DNA of 64,000 nt from Flectonema sp. DT1601. Taxonomy: Eukaryota. Shown piece by piece: positions 62,076 to 64,000 of this stretch; position 1 is the first letter of the stretch; each line of letters starts with the position of its first letter. A model generated the notes under the pieces. The model worked only from the letters and a program-made list of their open reading frames with translations, ran no database searches and had not been told where the DNA came from. Position numbers and translations under genes: made by a program. The DNA is taken from assembly GCA_964019425.1 (NCBI GenBank), contig OZ025800.1, forward strand, positions 372,001 to 436,000, given 5' to 3'.

Positions 62076-62460
62076 TACGAGGGGTCTGGGTAGCACCAGT
62101 AGAGAACCAAATCACAGAGATCGTGTTTTTATTCGAATCTGCTGAATAAACTCCCAGCTGTCCACCTTGCCCAGACAAACAGGTTGAAAAAAAAAAAAAG
62201 AAAAGAAATGATCAGGAGGTGTGAAATAAAATAAAAAATATCTTTTCCATTCCATCTATAAATAAACCCTTCTTCATGAAATAATCAATATGTGTCAAAC
62301 TGAACGAAAGAAAAAATAAAATAAATCCCGGAACCATTAGTATTGTAAAAAAGAATTACCGAAAGGCTTTAAAAAGAGTACTACGAACTTTGGGTAACAC
62401 GAATAGCTACCAAATCTGCAACATAATCAAAAGACAGGTCCAGAAAAGGTAACGTAAACC
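62076..62460 (-). repeat. Diverged member of repeat family R1
   Basis: Collinear matches tacgaggggtctgggtagc, tccaccttgcccaga, aacaggttg, gaaatgatc, cccggaac, ttaccgaaa.gcttta. Confidence 0.75.
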
Positions 62461-63437
62461 GGCTTTGTTGTTGTTTTTTTTTTCCCCCAAAGGATGCGAT
62501 CTCACAAAGACCCAGATAACTCTTAGTGGAGTTCGACGACAAAAATCAACAAAACTCACTTCAACTAAAATAATTCGAAAACAGATATGAGTGATTGTTG
62601 TTTTTTTATTTATTGGAAAAACAGTTCAACGCAGCTAAGCGTTTGCCTTCTCAATTCTGTATATTTGGGTTTAATATATTAACAAAAAAACAAAAAAAAC
62701 AAAAATAATAATAATAATAATAATAATAATAGCTTTCTGCCACCAAACTGTGCTCGCATAAAAATGGACAAGTTAACTATCAGTTTTACTTTTTTTTTTT
62801 TTTTTTTTTGTGAACAGGTAAACGCTTCGACTGGGGGGATAAAAAAAAGAAGAAAAAAAAATCCAAATCATCTTTACAGTCTAAATATGTCCACCACCAG
62901 TAGTTGCTGCTTGCCTGTGTTCTGCACATGAACGCAGTCCGACTCGGCTCACCGTGGATTTCACCAGCTCATCACTCTCAGCAGAACACTCATGTCATTC
63001 TTAGAAATCCTCAAAACTATTTGATAACTCGATGAGTATCTTATTCGTCTCTACAATTTACTTATAATCAGGAAAAAAGGGAATACCACGTAACGTATTG
63101 AAAGGTTAGAATTGAAAGACAAATTAAAATACAAGGGGGGAACTTTGATACGATACGAAAAGATTTATCTGGGAAGAATACTGCAGGTCTTTGCACAAAA
63201 AAAAATAAAAATACTGTCACCATGAAACAGAAGGCGTTGAACATTGCCTGGTTTCTTTGGTGGAGGCCACGTGAACGTAGTTGAGCACCTCTTGCCTACG
63301 CTACCGTAACAGTGAAAAACAGCTGTAAATTAAAATCAATGTGAAAAAAATAAAATGAAACCAAAGGTTAACAGTGGACGAACCCGACGTAAGGCTTTCC
63401 TAGACTACTCGAGTCTTCAGCGGTCCGCTCGGTGACA

Positions 63438-63548
63438 AGGGGGGGGGGGGGTTGTATGTTCGATTTTGTAAAAATTACAACTGTGTTGTATCATAAAAAC
63501 ATAAAGATAATTTAACATTAGTTTTAAATACAGTGACTAAGGGTGATG
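63438..63548 (-). repeat. Dispersed repeat family R2 (TGTATCA...TGATACA-GTGACTAA on the plus strand)
   Basis: Related copies at ~561-640, ~35090-35220, ~36651-36720, ~38336-38445 and ~56800-56880. Confidence 0.75.
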
Positions 63549-63575
63549 CGCGACTTAGCATATTAAAGTAACTAT

Positions 63576-63630
63576 AGGTTTCGAGAGTAATCCATATACC
63601 TCTTACCTCTATTCTCTCTCATCAGTATGG
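63576..63630 (-). ncRNA. Non-circularly permuted hammerhead-like ribozyme, variant B (cleanest example)
   Basis: Minus strand: CCATA-CTGATGA-GAGAG-(12 nt)-AGG-TA-TATGG-ATTA-CTCTC-GAAA-CCT; all three stems are Watson-Crick paired. Confidence 0.78.
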
Positions 63631-64000
63631 TGTAGAAGTAAGTCAGTCAAATGTTGAGACTGAGTCATTCCAGTTTGCAGGACTGGAATGTAGTTACTTT
63701 GACAAGGGGGGGGGGGGGGGGACCTTTGAGCCTCTAGGGGGGGGGGGGGGGGGGGGGGGGGAACTTTGATACGATACGAAAAGATTTATAGGGGGGGGGG
63801 GGGGGTAGGGGGGGGTACAAGCTGTCGATAAAGTACTTTTTCCGAATTTTGGTAAATATAACCTTCCCGGGGGCAAAAAATACCCAGGACCCCATCAGAA
63901 CCCCCAAAAATGTGATTTCGGGGCCGAAAAAACCTCGATTTGGCTGATTTCGGCAAAGGAATGAAAAATCTCAAAAAGTGTGGACCGTGTGGTACCTGGG

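Noticed and set aside
63385..63423. Minus-strand CTGAAGA...GAAA as a hammerhead
   Set aside because: Stems II and III cannot form convincingly

Overview
AT-rich eukaryotic DNA, probably a euglenozoan and most likely a diplonemid. This is inferred from three observations: every recognisable host gene lies on the minus strand, beta-tubulin ends in EQY as in trypanosomes, and it carries a GT-AG cis-intron. Single-copy genes encode a coiled-coil protein, a methylglutaconyl-CoA hydratase-like crotonase, NOM1/Sgd1, a cysteine dioxygenase with an extra N-terminal domain, a 3xRRM protein, a ZIP transporter, a highly divergent ALDH3-like protein, tubulin cofactor B, beta-tubulin and two hypothetical proteins. 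There are two tandem arrays: five copies of a secreted Cys-rich 243-aa protein, interrupted by an internally deleted piggyBac element, and three GH27 alpha-galactosidases. The intergenic DNA is dense with repeats. The main finding is a set of hammerhead-ribozyme-like motifs on the minus strand: three sequence variants at five loci. Their three junction strands occur in the non-circularly permuted order CUGAUGA-strand, cleavage-strand, GAAA-strand, with compensatory changes in the stems, and they sit near the 5' ends of short retroposon-like dispersed repeats. All folds were read by eye and are untested.
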